From the human T2T-CHM13v2.0 reference genome, Homo sapiens, in the NCBI RefSeq assembly GCF_009914755.1, contig NC_060934.1: a stretch of DNA of 64,000 nt. The stretch is one strand, 5' to 3'. The notes below the pieces were generated by a model. That model searched no databases and was not told the DNA's origin. It was given only the letters and a program-made list of their open reading frames with translations. Shown piece after piece: positions 47,888-61,055 of this stretch. Made by a program: the position numbers and the translations under genes. Positions within the stretch are counted from its first letter, which is position 1. Each line of letters starts with the position of its first letter.

Positions 47888-48262
47888 TTGTATCATCTTA
47901 GCTCAGGCTGCCATCACAGAATACCATAGGCTGGGTGGCTTAAACAACCAAAATTTATTTTCTTATAGTTCTAGGGGCTGGAAGTTTGAGACGGAGGTGC
48001 CAGCATGGTTGGTTCTGGTGAAGGCCCTCTTCCTGGATTGCGGACAGGGCCTTCTTGCTATGTCCTGACAGCGGGAGAGAGAGAAGAAGCTCCCTCTCTT
48101 TTGTTTATTCTTATGAGGACACTCGTCATATCATATCAGGGCCCTAACTTTATGACTTCATTTAACCTGAATTGCTTTTGTAAAGGATCAATTTCCACAA
48201 AGTCACATTGGGAGGTTAGGGCTTCAACATATGAATTTTGAGGTTTATATTTGAGTCCAGAG
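47888..48262 (-). mobile_element. MLT1A-like MaLR LTR
   Basis: ctcaggctgccatcacagaataccataggctgggtggcttaaacaac...gttagggcttcaacatatgaattttg. Confidence 0.85.
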
Positions 48263-48276
48263 CATATATGATTAAG

Positions 48277-48709
48277 ACCAACCCAAATGCCCATCAATGA
48301 TAGACTGGATACAGAAAATGTGGCACATATATACCATGGAATACTATGCAGTCATAAAAAAGAATGAGTTCATGTCCTTTGCAGGGACATGGATGAAGCT
48401 GGAAACCATCATTCTCAGCAAACTAACACAGGAACAGAAAACCAAACACAGGACATTTTCACTCATAAAAGTGGGAGCTGAACAATGACAACACATGGAC
48501 ACAGGGAGGGGAACATCACACATTGGGGCCTGTTGGGGGGCGGAAGTGTAGGGGAGGGAGAGCATTAGGAGAAATACCTAATGCATGTGGGGCTTAAAAC
48601 GTAGATGATGGGTTGATAGGTGCGCAAACCACAATGGCACATGTATACCTATGTAACAAATCTGCATGTTCTGCACATGTATCCCAGAACTTAAAGTAAA
48701 ATTTAAAAA
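48277..48709 (+). mobile_element. L1PA (PA7/8-like) 3' end
   Basis: aacccaaatgcccatcaatgatagactggat...ctgcacatgtatcccagaacttaaagtaaaa. Confidence 0.92.
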
Positions 48710-49732
48710 GACTTTCCCGCCTCAAAAAAATTAAAAAAAAAGACTTTCCTGGTTTTGGCGGTTTTGCAAAACAATCTCAAACCGTGCAGCTGATTTCCTA
48801 AAGGCTTTCCAACTTAGTATATTTTTCAACTTGGCAACAGCATCTTCTCACCAGATGTTTTCAAAAATCTCTTAACTTTAACCTGAGGATGTGGATGTAT
48901 TTTTGTTTAGGGATTAAAAGTGTTTTCTCCTCTCAGTTACTGAATCTTCTCTTCACTGTTCTTCTGATGCTAAGGGCTTGCCATTTGCTGTAGTGAGCTG
49001 GGGAGATTAGAAATTGTAAATCAAAGTCTAATCACATTTACCCCCAGAAAATCTGATGATAACAGAAAGCCTCCTCCCAAGCCCTAAAACTACCTCCTCC
49101 TTGTATTCTCCTACTGTGTTTATGTTGCATGTCTGATCATTCTAACAGTAACTTACTCTTTTGAGCACGGCGGAAAACTTAAATCGGATGGAAACAGTTA
49201 CATTTTAATTAACTCCCCTGAGAGTAGGAAATCGTGTTAATTAAAAAAAAAATCCCATTCTTCATTTTTCTCCCATGTGATTTTTGCCTTCTATTTGCTC
49301 ATCCTTTTGTTTTTGGAATTGAGTCTGACACAGGTGAAGCCTGTGTAGGAGGCATCCTGGGTGCAGATGCAGTTGCCCGGTTTACTGTCTAAGGAGACCA
49401 TCGTGGTTTCCTTAGCTGGAGCCCTACTTAGAAACCTGAGACATCAACCCTCCTGAAAGGCCAGTGGGCCCCTGTGTAAGTGCTCTGACCACAGTATCCA
49501 AAGGAGATCAACCAGTGCACCCAACGCTGTGCCCACAGTTGTCAGGGGAATGAGTAGGGAGATGAGCAGGAGTGGCAGGAATGGGCATCAGAGCCAGTCA
49601 CAAGCTTCTGATATGGCTCAGTCCACTTCCAGCTGTGATCCAGGGACAGAGCCAACCTTGCAAACTAAAGGTAGGGGGATATAAGATACTAAGTTTAGCT
49701 CTATATAGTGTAGACTCAAAAAATGGTATCTT

Positions 49733-49798
49733 TTTATTTTATTTTATTTATTTATTTTTATTTAAGTTCTAGGGTACATGTGCACAACATGCAGGTTT
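49733..49798 (-). mobile_element. 66-bp severely 5'-truncated L1PA insertion
   Basis: Tail plus taagttctagggtacatgtgcacaacatgcaggtt; perfect TSD aaaaaatggtatctt (49718-49732 / 49799-49813). Confidence 0.92.
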
Positions 49799-50213
49799 AA
49801 AAAATGGTATCTTAAGAAAAACAGGCGTTTACTTTTCTCATCTAAGGAGAAGTCTATAGGTGGGAAACAAAATATAAAATTGGGACTCCATAAAGTAATC
49901 CCAGGCTCATCTACCTTTCTGTTCTGTCATTCTTAGTATATAGCTTTGAATCTATAGGTCGCTTCTTGGCCACAGACCTGCTGCTGGAGTGACAGCTATC
50001 ACACCTAAGTTCCAGGCAGGGAGAAGGGATACGAAGGACAAAAGGCATATGCCAATGGAATTATCCTCTTCCAATCCCTCTCCTCCTTCTAGGAAAATTT
50101 CCCAGAATCTACAACTCTTGTCACCCATCCAACAACTTTTCTCTGCTCATGCGTCATAGACCAGAACTTGGTTGTTCATAGACCAAAATGTGGCTACTCC
50201 TATCTTTAGGTGA

Positions 50214-50737
<524 letters not shown>

Positions 50738-50902
50738 AAATTTTATACTTTCTCTGTCTGAATTTTTGTGTGGCTGGCTCCTTAAATGTCACTTTTTCAG
50801 AGAAGATGTTCCTCAAGTTTAATGCATCCTCCCCACCCCCCAGTCACTCTCTGATCACCCAGCCTATTTTATTTTCCTTCTGCAGCTTTCAACATGAGAC
50901 AC

Positions 50903-51871
50903 TGCTATGATCTGAATGTTTATTTTCCTCTGAAATTCAAATGTTGAAATCTAATCACCAAGGTCATAGTGTTAGGAAGCGGGGCCTTTGGGAGGTGATT
51001 AGGTCCTGAGGTTGGAACCCTCGTGAATGGGATTAGTGCCTGGATGAAAGGGAGCTCAGAGAGCTGCCTTGTTCCTTCTACCAGATAAGGATACAGCAAG
51101 AAGGCATCGTCTATGAGGAATGGGTCTTTGTCAGACACCCATCTGCCAGTACCTTGATTTTGGACTTCCTAGTCTTCAGAACTGTAAGATACAAATTTCT
51201 GTTAAGACCTACTATTTGATACCAAAACAGAGTGACTATAGTCAATAATAACTTAACTGTACATTTCTAAATAACTAAAAGAGTGTAATTGGATTGTTTG
51301 TAACACAAAGGGTAACTGAGAGAATGGATTTAAAAAATAACATATAAAAAAAGAAAAGGAAATAGAAAAAAAGAAAATGGGGTTTTCTTTACTTATAATG
51401 GAATACTACTCAGTCATAAAAAAGAATGAAATCATGTTTTTTTCCAGCAACATGGATAGAACGGGAGATCATTATTTTAAGTGAATAACTCAGAAAGTTA
51501 AGTAATACATGTTCTCACTTATAAGTGGGAGCTAAATCATGGGCACATAAGGACCTAGAGAGTGGAATAATAGATATTGAAGACTTGGAAGGGTGGGAGT
51601 TGGGGATGGGGTGAGGGATGATAAATTACTTAATGGATACAATGTATACTATTTGGGTGATGGCTACACTAAAAGCCCAGACTTTACTACTTCGCAATAG
51701 TAACAAAATAACACTTGTGTCCCTGAATCTATAAAACATTAAAAATCGAAGGTGTTACTTATAAAAAAAAAAGAAAGAAAAAAGAAAAGAAAAGAAAACG
51801 GAATATGATTCTGTTGTTTAAAAGCCTCCCAGGCTAAGGCATTGCATTATAGCAGCCTGAACACATGGACA
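50903..51871 (+). mobile_element. MST/MLT1A-like MaLR LTR, interrupted by L1MA/PB 3' fragments (about 51204-51800)
   Basis: tgctatgatctgaatgttt...ggggcctttgggaggtgattaggtc...aaatttctgtt [L1] ttctgttgtttaaaagcc...tatagcagcctgaac. Confidence 0.8.
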
Positions 51872-52648
51872 GGCAGGCTTCTGTTCATTTGTCTACAGCC
51901 TGTGTCCCCCCACCAGAATACAATCCCTTGGAGAGAGCAGGCACCTTTGTGTCTTGTTCCCTGCTGATGACATCTCAAAATTTCTGGAGGAACATAAATG
52001 ATGAGCTTACCTAAATTTGAAAAGAAATCACTTTAAAACAAATCACAATGGCAATTAACCTTTTATATGACAATGGATAAAGAACAACACCTCACTGCTC
52101 CACATTTTTCTCCAGCTCCTGGTTCACATTTGGACCTCAATCGAATCACAAATTAGTACCTGACCTGGACCTCCAGGGTTATTCTAAAATAGAAGGAACC
52201 TTGATTGCAAAATCTCAACAAGGCACAGCTCTACCGTGCACCTGTGATCCATGATAGTGAGATTGACGTCTGTGGAGCCACAAGGAGAGATGGGCACATC
52301 CCTATTGCAAACAATGGCAGTCCCTGGAGGGCTGGGGACTTAGAAAGTCATTCCAGGCCTGAGCCTTGGAGAGGCTGAAGGGAGGGCCAGGTTGGCAGCT
52401 GGTCCAGTAGGCTGAGAAGCAACTGAGACTCATAGTCTTAAGTCACCCAAGAATATTCCTTGGAGGCAAATGTGGAGCTTCCTCTCCCCAACTTCTTCTT
52501 CCTTTTGAAGTGGAGAATGCCTCTGCCCAATCCTGGACCTCTCTTAGGCTAGCCATTCTAGGGATATATTTACATTTTTATTTTCTGCTTCCTGAAGCCT
52601 GGAGACTTCATCATTAAACATTTGGCTTGGGAAAGGATAAAATGCCTT

Positions 52649-52703
52649 TATCAGTCAAGGCTCTCCAGGGAACAGAAGTAGTAGGGGATGTATGTATGTG
52701 TAT

Positions 52704-52758
<55 letters not shown>

Positions 52759-52848
52759 ATACCTCCCCAACAACACCTAGGCTAGAATTTGACTGAATAA
52801 CTGGACACAACCACCCATCCATGTTGACACATAGAACTAACCATCACG
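52649..52848 (-). mobile_element. internally deleted MLT2 LTR containing (CA)n at 52706-52756
   Basis: tcagtcaagggctctccagggaacagaa...gttgacacatagaactaaccatcac. Confidence 0.75.
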
Positions 52849-53376
52849 GTGTCCCTGGGAGTAGTCAGGATTTGGCTGATGCTCCACCCTCTCCACCTCC
52901 ACCTCCAAAGGGTAGGAGGACAGCCTCACGTTTACATTTCTGCCTGATCAGATGTTCATATACTTTGAACAAGAAGATGAGTGACTTCCCACCTACTTTT
53001 CCTGTGTACTTCAGACCACTAAGTGCAGCAATGACTGTGCCACAGAGCTGCACCCTTGACAATGAGGACCCGAGAGAGAAACAGGGTCACCCTGCAGCTA
53101 TGCATCAGAACCACTGGGTGCTTGCTAAAATGCAGGTTACTTGGCCCATCCACACTCCTGAATCAGAATATCTGCATTTGAGCAAGCTCTTCAGGTGAAT
53201 CAGTTGCCCAGTCGAATTTGAGAATTGTTTCCATTCATGAATCAGTAAAGCCCTTGTGGTTTTACCATCCAGAAAATCTCTCTCAGGCTGGGCTGAAAGG
53301 CATTATTTTAGGGTAATTTTCCTAAGATATTTACAATTAATAATTCCATTTAAGGTTTCTTCTTTCTTTTAAAAAT

Positions 53377-53719
<343 letters not shown>

Positions 53720-53797
53720 TGAATGATTTTAATTCATGTAACTATCTAGAAGTCAGCCTCCTATTCTCACCTGGGAGATGAATGTGGGCAAGAAAAA

Positions 53798-54314
53798 CAG
53801 TAGCCCCTCTTATCTGCGGGGAATAAGTTCCAAGACCCCTACAGGATGCCTGAAGCTTCAGATAGTACCAAATTTTTGTTTTATCCAATACATACATGCC
53901 TATGATAAAGCTTAATTTATGAATTAGGCACAGTAAAGGATTTACAATTATAATAAAATAGAACAATTATAACAATATATTGTAATAAAAGTTATGTGAA
54001 TGTGGTCTCTCTCTCTCTTTCAACATATCTTATTGTACTGTACTCACCTTTCTTCTTGTTGTGATCCATTAACCTGATAACTGAGAAAACTGCTAAGGGA
54101 GTAACGGGTGAGTAGACAGTGTGGAGACGCTGGACAAAGGGATGATTCACATCCTGGGTGGGAAGGAGCAAGATGTCATCACACTACGCAGAGTGGCATG
54201 TACTTTAAAACTTATGAATTATTTCTGGAATTTTCCATATAATATTTTGAACTGTAGTTGACTGCAGATAACTGAAACTGTGGAAAGTGAGGTTGTGGAT
54301 GGAGCGGACCACTG
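53798..54314. mobile_element. MER44/Tigger7 element
   Basis: cagtagcccctcttatctgcgggg...ttccaagacccc...gataaagcttaatttatgaattaggcacagtaa...gaaagtgaggttgtggat..accactg. Confidence 0.85.
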
Positions 54315-55832
54315 CAGGAAGCGGAAAACTCACTCATCTGCATCTCTACATGGCTCTCCTTGCAGCTCCGAGAGTTGTGCTGGAAACCCAGTGCCTTTGT
54401 CGGGGAGAGCATGTGCTTATTTTATTCCCCTTGTGTCCTATGAGGTCTCTTCTTTGTGGAAACTCCTTTCACCACTTGTTGAGAGCTGTCTAGTTTAAGA
54501 CTGCTCAGCACCCAAAAGCCCAAATTCCGCAACTTGTGTGTAATTCCCATATTTATTTAACATGCCATTTAATGTATTTCAATGTAATATGCATTTGTTA
54601 TGTATCTACTGTGTAAGCATTATGCTAGACTCTGAGAGAAGAGGCTGAAATAGATACAAAGGTAACTAAAATGAGGCTCTTGCTGTGTAAGAGCTGTCAA
54701 CCTATTGGGAGAGACATAATTAAACAACTAATTATGTGAGTGCAAGGAAATATAAAGTAAATGCTGAAATGGAGGTACAGCAACATTTGAGGAGTGATTC
54801 AAATAGCGGGGGGAGAAGGCTGCTCCAAGGCATTGTCATTGCTGCAGGATGAGGAGAGGAAACAAGTTGTCTGGAAAGCAAATGAGTTCGCATAAGGGAA
54901 AGCAGGGGGAACATCGGTGTGGAAAGCATTCCGTGCATGAAAGATGGGTCTGCATTTCTGTTGCAGGTTTTAGTTCATAAATCTGAGGACAATGGAGACT
55001 CTGTCCCTGCTAATGTGCTTTACAAATCTCAGCCTTAGTACCTGGAGCCCTGGGTGGTCAGATGAGCCCCATTCACTGTGCAACCAGCCAACATCACCAA
55101 AACCCTGGTTCACATTTGGGCCTGGGTCAGCCATCTCAGCTCATCCCTTCTGCCCTCAGAAGCAGCCAGTGTGCTGTCTGTAAACTGTAAGTGCTGATAA
55201 ATGAGGCAAGAAATGCAAAGCTCCCAAAGCCAGTTTGGTCACACTCCAGCTTCACTCATTTGCCATAAACCAAACTATTATCTAAGAATCACCCTCAAGT
55301 ACTCTGTGAGCCCTGCTGGGGGCTGCAAAAGCTGCATACAGGTGCTCTGCCTCCAGAACTTGGGGACATAGAGAGTGTTCTGTGGTCATACCACACACAC
55401 ATCCTGTCACTCACAGTGATGCCTTTAGTGGCTAGATGCTGAAAGGTCTTCCCTTGGTCAGATTCCCTCTCTCTTTCAGGGACCTACGTGCTCAGTCTTT
55501 TGTAGTCAAGTTCCCTGGTCCATTTCCTACCTCCTTTGAAAGTATCACATACAGACATGTAAATCACATGACCTTGTAGGTGGGCTGTGTTTGGAAAGCA
55601 ACTGAAGCACAGCAAACTACATTGAGATCCAATTCTACAGCCCCAGCAGTCACACCAGCACGTGCTCTTTGGGGCCGGCTTGGTAACTTTGTGATTTGTG
55701 TGAACTGTGCAATGTAGACTCCAGGTTCTCACTTCTGCCAGAACCAAGAATGTTCAAACATTACAATGATGTGATTGTTTTAGTCAGGAAAACTCAAACC
55801 AGCAAGCAAGTTTTAGTTAGACTCAACTAAAT

Positions 55833-55908
55833 GAACTAATTGGCTTATGTAATAAAGAAATAATTGGCTTATGTAATAAAGAACTATTGGCTTATGTAAT
55901 AAAGAAAT
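55833..55908. repeat. 23/24-bp tandem triplication inside an old MLT1-like LTR (about 55780-56190)
   Basis: attggcttatgtaataaagaa three times. Confidence 0.95.
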
Positions 55909-56821
55909 TCAGAGATCAATCTGGGCTCCAAGCTCTGCTTCCTCCTCTATTCTTAGGCTGGTTCTTCTATTAAGTGGCAGCTCCCAGCTTACATGGTCCT
56001 CATTGCTCCCAATCCCAAGCATCCACTATAACAAGTCACAGGAGGACTCTGGTTCTGCTCCAGCCACATGGCTGTCCTTGGACCAATCCCTGTGGACAGG
56101 GAAGGGACTTCTGGGTTATCTCATCACTAAGGAGCAGGCAAGGCAGTGTGACCACCTGGCAGGAGAGGAAGGACATTGCCCAAAAGCAAGTGTCTTAGAT
56201 AGACAACCAGCGACCTCCGTATTGCCTGGGTTTTGTCTTCCAAAGTAACAGGTGCTTCTAATATTTGAGGCAGGGCATGAATGCTTTGCCTGAGGCTTGG
56301 GAATGGCGTGCTTCTGATTCCATACCCTCCTTTTACAAGTGACTTTGGCCTTCCAGGGCTCTCTGGGTTCATGGCACACCTGACTCATAGAGGGAAGGGT
56401 TTTTGACCCTGGGTCCCTGCACTGGCTCTAAAGTCAAGCATGGCTCTGAATATGGCAGGACAAGAGCTCTCCTGATTCTCTAATTGATTTTTCTGCTTCA
56501 ATCCTGTTAACCTAATGCTACCCCTCAGAAAGCTGAAGAATGCGCACCAGCGTGTAACATCTACCTGCTTAATTTCCATTTGAGAGATTTATGTGAGAGA
56601 TCGAGCACATTATTACCCTTGTGTGGGCACTCAGCAGTGTTTTCGAATTAAGATTGATTACATGGACAGCCACCTATACGAATTGCTTAAAAGTCATTAA
56701 TTCGTGGTTAGCATTAACTTGTTTGATGGATACCATCAAACGCAAATCAGAAAGAGCCATCAGCTCATTTCAGGGAGGATGGGACATGTTGCTTCTAGCA
56801 TTTCCGCATGATGAATTACCT

Positions 56822-57008
56822 AGTGATGGGTTTTTCTAAGTGTGGTCCCCTGTACCACCTGCTCCCCAGGTATCTGAGGAATCAGTTTAAAGTGCAGATT
56901 CCTAGACTCACACAAACTGAATCACAATCTCTGGGGATGGGACCCAGGAATCTACATTTTCAAACACGCCCCCCAGTTGTTCCTTGTATGCACTCAAGTT
57001 TGAGAACC
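56822..57008. mobile_element. MER5-family hAT MITE (further copies at about 53095-53228 and 57340-57527)
   Basis: gtgcagattcctag...ctgaatcacaatctctggggatgggacccaggaatctacatttt...agtttgagaacc. Confidence 0.8.
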
Positions 57009-57844
57009 TTGTCCTGGAGTTTCCATAGTGCTATTCTGTGGCTATTTCAGAGTGTGAAAAAAAGCAAGAGGCGACTTTGTGGGCACTGAGAGATGTCTGG
57101 CTCACCAAAAAGTTGCTTTGCTGCATGCACAACCAGGCAATTGCAAAATCAAGAATAAGGAAGGTCAGAGAAGAAAGAATTTGTACAAACAAATGTGGCA
57201 ACACAGTAGGACTGAGTAAACACAGTGTGGTGTCGACTTTGTAGCTGTAGGGAGATTAAAGGTTTGGACTCTACAGTATTGCGGGATCTTCCAATCAGAT
57301 CAATGGGGAAGATCCAGAAAGCCTGGTGTTAATTAGAGCACAGCACCTCAGACTTGAGGGTGGATCAGAATCCCCGGGGGGCTTGTTAAATCACCAAATC
57401 ACACTTCTGAGCTTTACCCCCAAAGATCCGGATTCAGTACGTTTGGGGAGGGGCCCAAGGTTTTATATTTTTAAAAAGCTCCTAAGTGGTACCCATGCTA
57501 CCTTAAGTGGGTCACCTTTGGAGTATTGAGGTAGAAGAAGCTTAGTCAACCTCCAGGACTGGCCATGCCTCCTTCCCCATAACTCCAGCTCAGGAGATGC
57601 ACACATCTTTCTGGAGTTCTACTGGGGACCAACAAGAGGATTTGCCACATTCTTACTTTGTGCTTGTCACTATGTGTAGCATTTTACTGTATCTTTTTAA
57701 AGCCCAGGTTGTCTGAAATGTAGGACATTTTCAACCCTGCGATCAGCTGGCTTAACAAGAAACATCTGGGCCCAGGTGTGAGCTAGGAGCACAGCTGTTG
57801 ATGAAGGGAACAGAGCTCTTGATCTGAACAGGATGGCTTGTCTT

Positions 57845-58400
57845 TTGGTGGGTTAGAGGAGGAAAAAATGTTTTCCCTCTACCCTCCAAGGTTCTCTGGC
57901 TCAGGCTCTGGAAATGAAACTGACAAAGATGAATTAACAAGAGAAAAACAAACAGAGCTTATTAACATGTGCATTGTGCATATCCATGGGAGAAACTCAG
58001 TCATGAGTAAAATCAAAGGAGTGGCTAAAACGTGGGGCTTAGATCACATCTTAGCAAAGAACAATAAACTTATAGAGACATGACAAGACAAAGGAAAATG
58101 AGTTTAGGCTTCCAAGGGCAGCAAACCATGGACAAGTAAATATATGGGGGAAAACTAATGGAAGATGAAGTTTATTTTAATAAGATTTGTTATGTAGATT
58201 CCTGGTGCTATCTCTGGGTCAATAAGAGTCTAGAGTCATCCCTGGTGATTCAGAGTCTAAGCCTGCTTTTAGGCAAATGTGGAAGTGTCGGGGAGGGCAG
58301 AGAGCTTTGATGGCATCTGCTGTTTCTTGAGTGTCTTCAGCTCAAAATAATACTTGTGCTAAAGTGGCAGATTTTGAGATGATCTATTCAGATCCCTTAC
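57845..58400 (-). mobile_element. ERV1 LTR (MER34/MER31-like)
   Basis: Ends cttcagctcaaaataatacttgtgctaaagtggcagattttgagatgatctattcagatcccttaca. Confidence 0.65.
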
Positions 58401-59502
58401 AAGAACCTTGCTTCCTCTCCTTGCCTTCTTCTCCTTCTTCCTTGTCCTCTCTTTCTCACTCTCAGCCAAGTCTCTGGGTTTTCTGTCTCAGAACTCCCTG
58501 TGACTAGAGACAACACAGTGTTTCTTCTGAAGATGAGCATCTTCCCTCCCACCCCAATCTCTTTGCTCCATAAAGGATTGTACCTAAACTGGGTTTCTGG
58601 AGCAGATGAGATAAAGGCATTAAAGTACATGGCACAGCTCATATTCTGCATGAATTTTAGATCTTGAGTTCTCAGCGATTATTTCCAGGCAGTACTTCTG
58701 CACATTCTACCTTTTTTGTTGATTTCAGACTTTGCTAATTGATCTCTGTACTTTTTTCACCAGCCTTGGATGCAGCTTCACAATCTTCAATACAACACAG
58801 AAGCAGCTGAGTTTGGATTTTTTAGAGTGAAGATTCTTTATACTCTAGATCTAATAAACTTCAGATTTTACGTCAGGGAGACATGGAGGCTCAGTAAGGC
58901 ACAGAGCTAGGTCTGGAAATCCAGGTACCCTGGCTCTAAGCCTGACATTTTTTTCTTACCCTAGTAAATGATCAGTTTTAAAGAATATTGTCTAGAAAGC
59001 TTGGAATTATACCATAAATTTTAACAGCTAAAATACAAATTTTATGTGATTTTTTTCCTATATGCCTGGAAATTTCTTAAGTGTTATGGAAATTGTAAAG
59101 GACTGAGTATGTAAATAGCCATTGTTAAATGGTGAGTCTAAAAATTGACAACCTGTTAACTTCTAAGGATAATTAGCAGATTAGTTGATTCTGTGGTATT
59201 TATAATTTAGGGTTGTAACTAGTGATTCATTTATTTCACAGAGAAAGGAGGAACAAGATAGCTTAATTTGCAAACACTTTGGTGTCTGGCATTTGCAAAT
59301 AAAGAAAATAGAGTATGTATCACTTTGTTGAACTCTTGTCCCGCACACTATTTTTACGTACCAACAGGTCCTAATGAGTACGCTTGCTATTATTCCCATT
59401 GAACTTACAGCTCTCACATTGGGAGTTGCATTTGTTATGGCCATTCACCAAAAGGCATGTAGTGCTTTGTCCAAAGTGGTGCAATGACCAAGTCCAAGAT
59501 AG

Positions 59503-59876
<374 letters not shown>

Positions 59877-60869
59877 CCAGTTCTTATACTGAATGCTACC
59901 TTGTGTACTCTCAGTTATTATCAGACATCAGGAGGAAGGATTTGGAATACATTCAGTGGAAGTCATTCCCATTAGAGGTGGCAGGAAGTCCTAGCTGAGA
60001 TCCTGCCTCATGGCTGATACCAGCTCCTCTGCTGACAACACAGTTCTTTCTCATTTCATCCTTTCCCTCCCTCTCTTCTCTCTGTAGTTGGTATTTCTTT
60101 GCCAAGCCCTCAAGCTGGATTAATTGATAACTTCAATAATGTGGTAAAGAATCTGAAGTTATTTTGCCCGGAGAAGGTGTATAAAGTAAGCTGCATAATT
60201 TTCATTCATGTTTACCCACGAGCAACCCATCTGCTTACTCATCATTGCTTTTGGAATTTCGGCCCCGGCATTGGAAAAGTGCTCAGATTAATTTTAACTT
60301 TAGGGATAATTAAGTCCATAAAATGTGTGTTTGTTGCTCTTTGGTTGAAAGTAGTAAGAAGAGGAGAAAATTGGAAAATGAAGTGGAAATGTTCTAGAAA
60401 ATTAGCTCAAAGTAGATCTGTTAAAAACTCTGGAGAGGATATTAAGATAATTTCCTAAGACAACTTCTGAGCAAGAAAATAGACCAGATGACATCAGTTT
60501 GAAAAAGAATATTCTTGTTGAAGAAAACATAATTTGATTTTCTTTTCATGTATTCCTAGTTTTCCAATAAAATGCTATATATGTAATGTTATCGTATAGA
60601 ATTATTTTATATATATATATATTTATACATACGTACCAAGAGGCCAACTGGGAAAAAAGTTGGACGATAAGGCAGTCAAGAACTTACAGATTGTCTATTA
60701 AGATTTTAAATTCACTTATAGACGAGTTGTAAGAATAAATGTAAATGGATTCTTTATTTGGACTTGAATAAATTAGAAAAAATTAAAACTGGAAAACATT
60801 TTTTTCTTCCCTTTAGATTGAATTGACTTGCTCTGAATTGAGCCCTGAATAGCCCCATAATACATGTAT

Positions 60870-61055
60870 TAGTTTATGCCTTTAAAATCACTTTCTCATC
60901 CCTGTAGCATTGGATCTTTCTGCAGTTCTGGATCATGCAATGCACTGGTTGTTTTTTCACTCCATGTTACAGATGAGAAAACAGTAGTTCAGCGAGGCTG
61001 ATGACTTGTTCAGCATGAAGCAGCTGGTAGTGGCAAAGCTGGAAATTCAATTTGG
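60870..61055 (-). mobile_element. MIR
   Basis: tccatgttacagatgagaaaacagtagttcagcgaggctgatgacttgttcagcatgaagcagctggtagtggcaaagctggaa. Confidence 0.7.
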
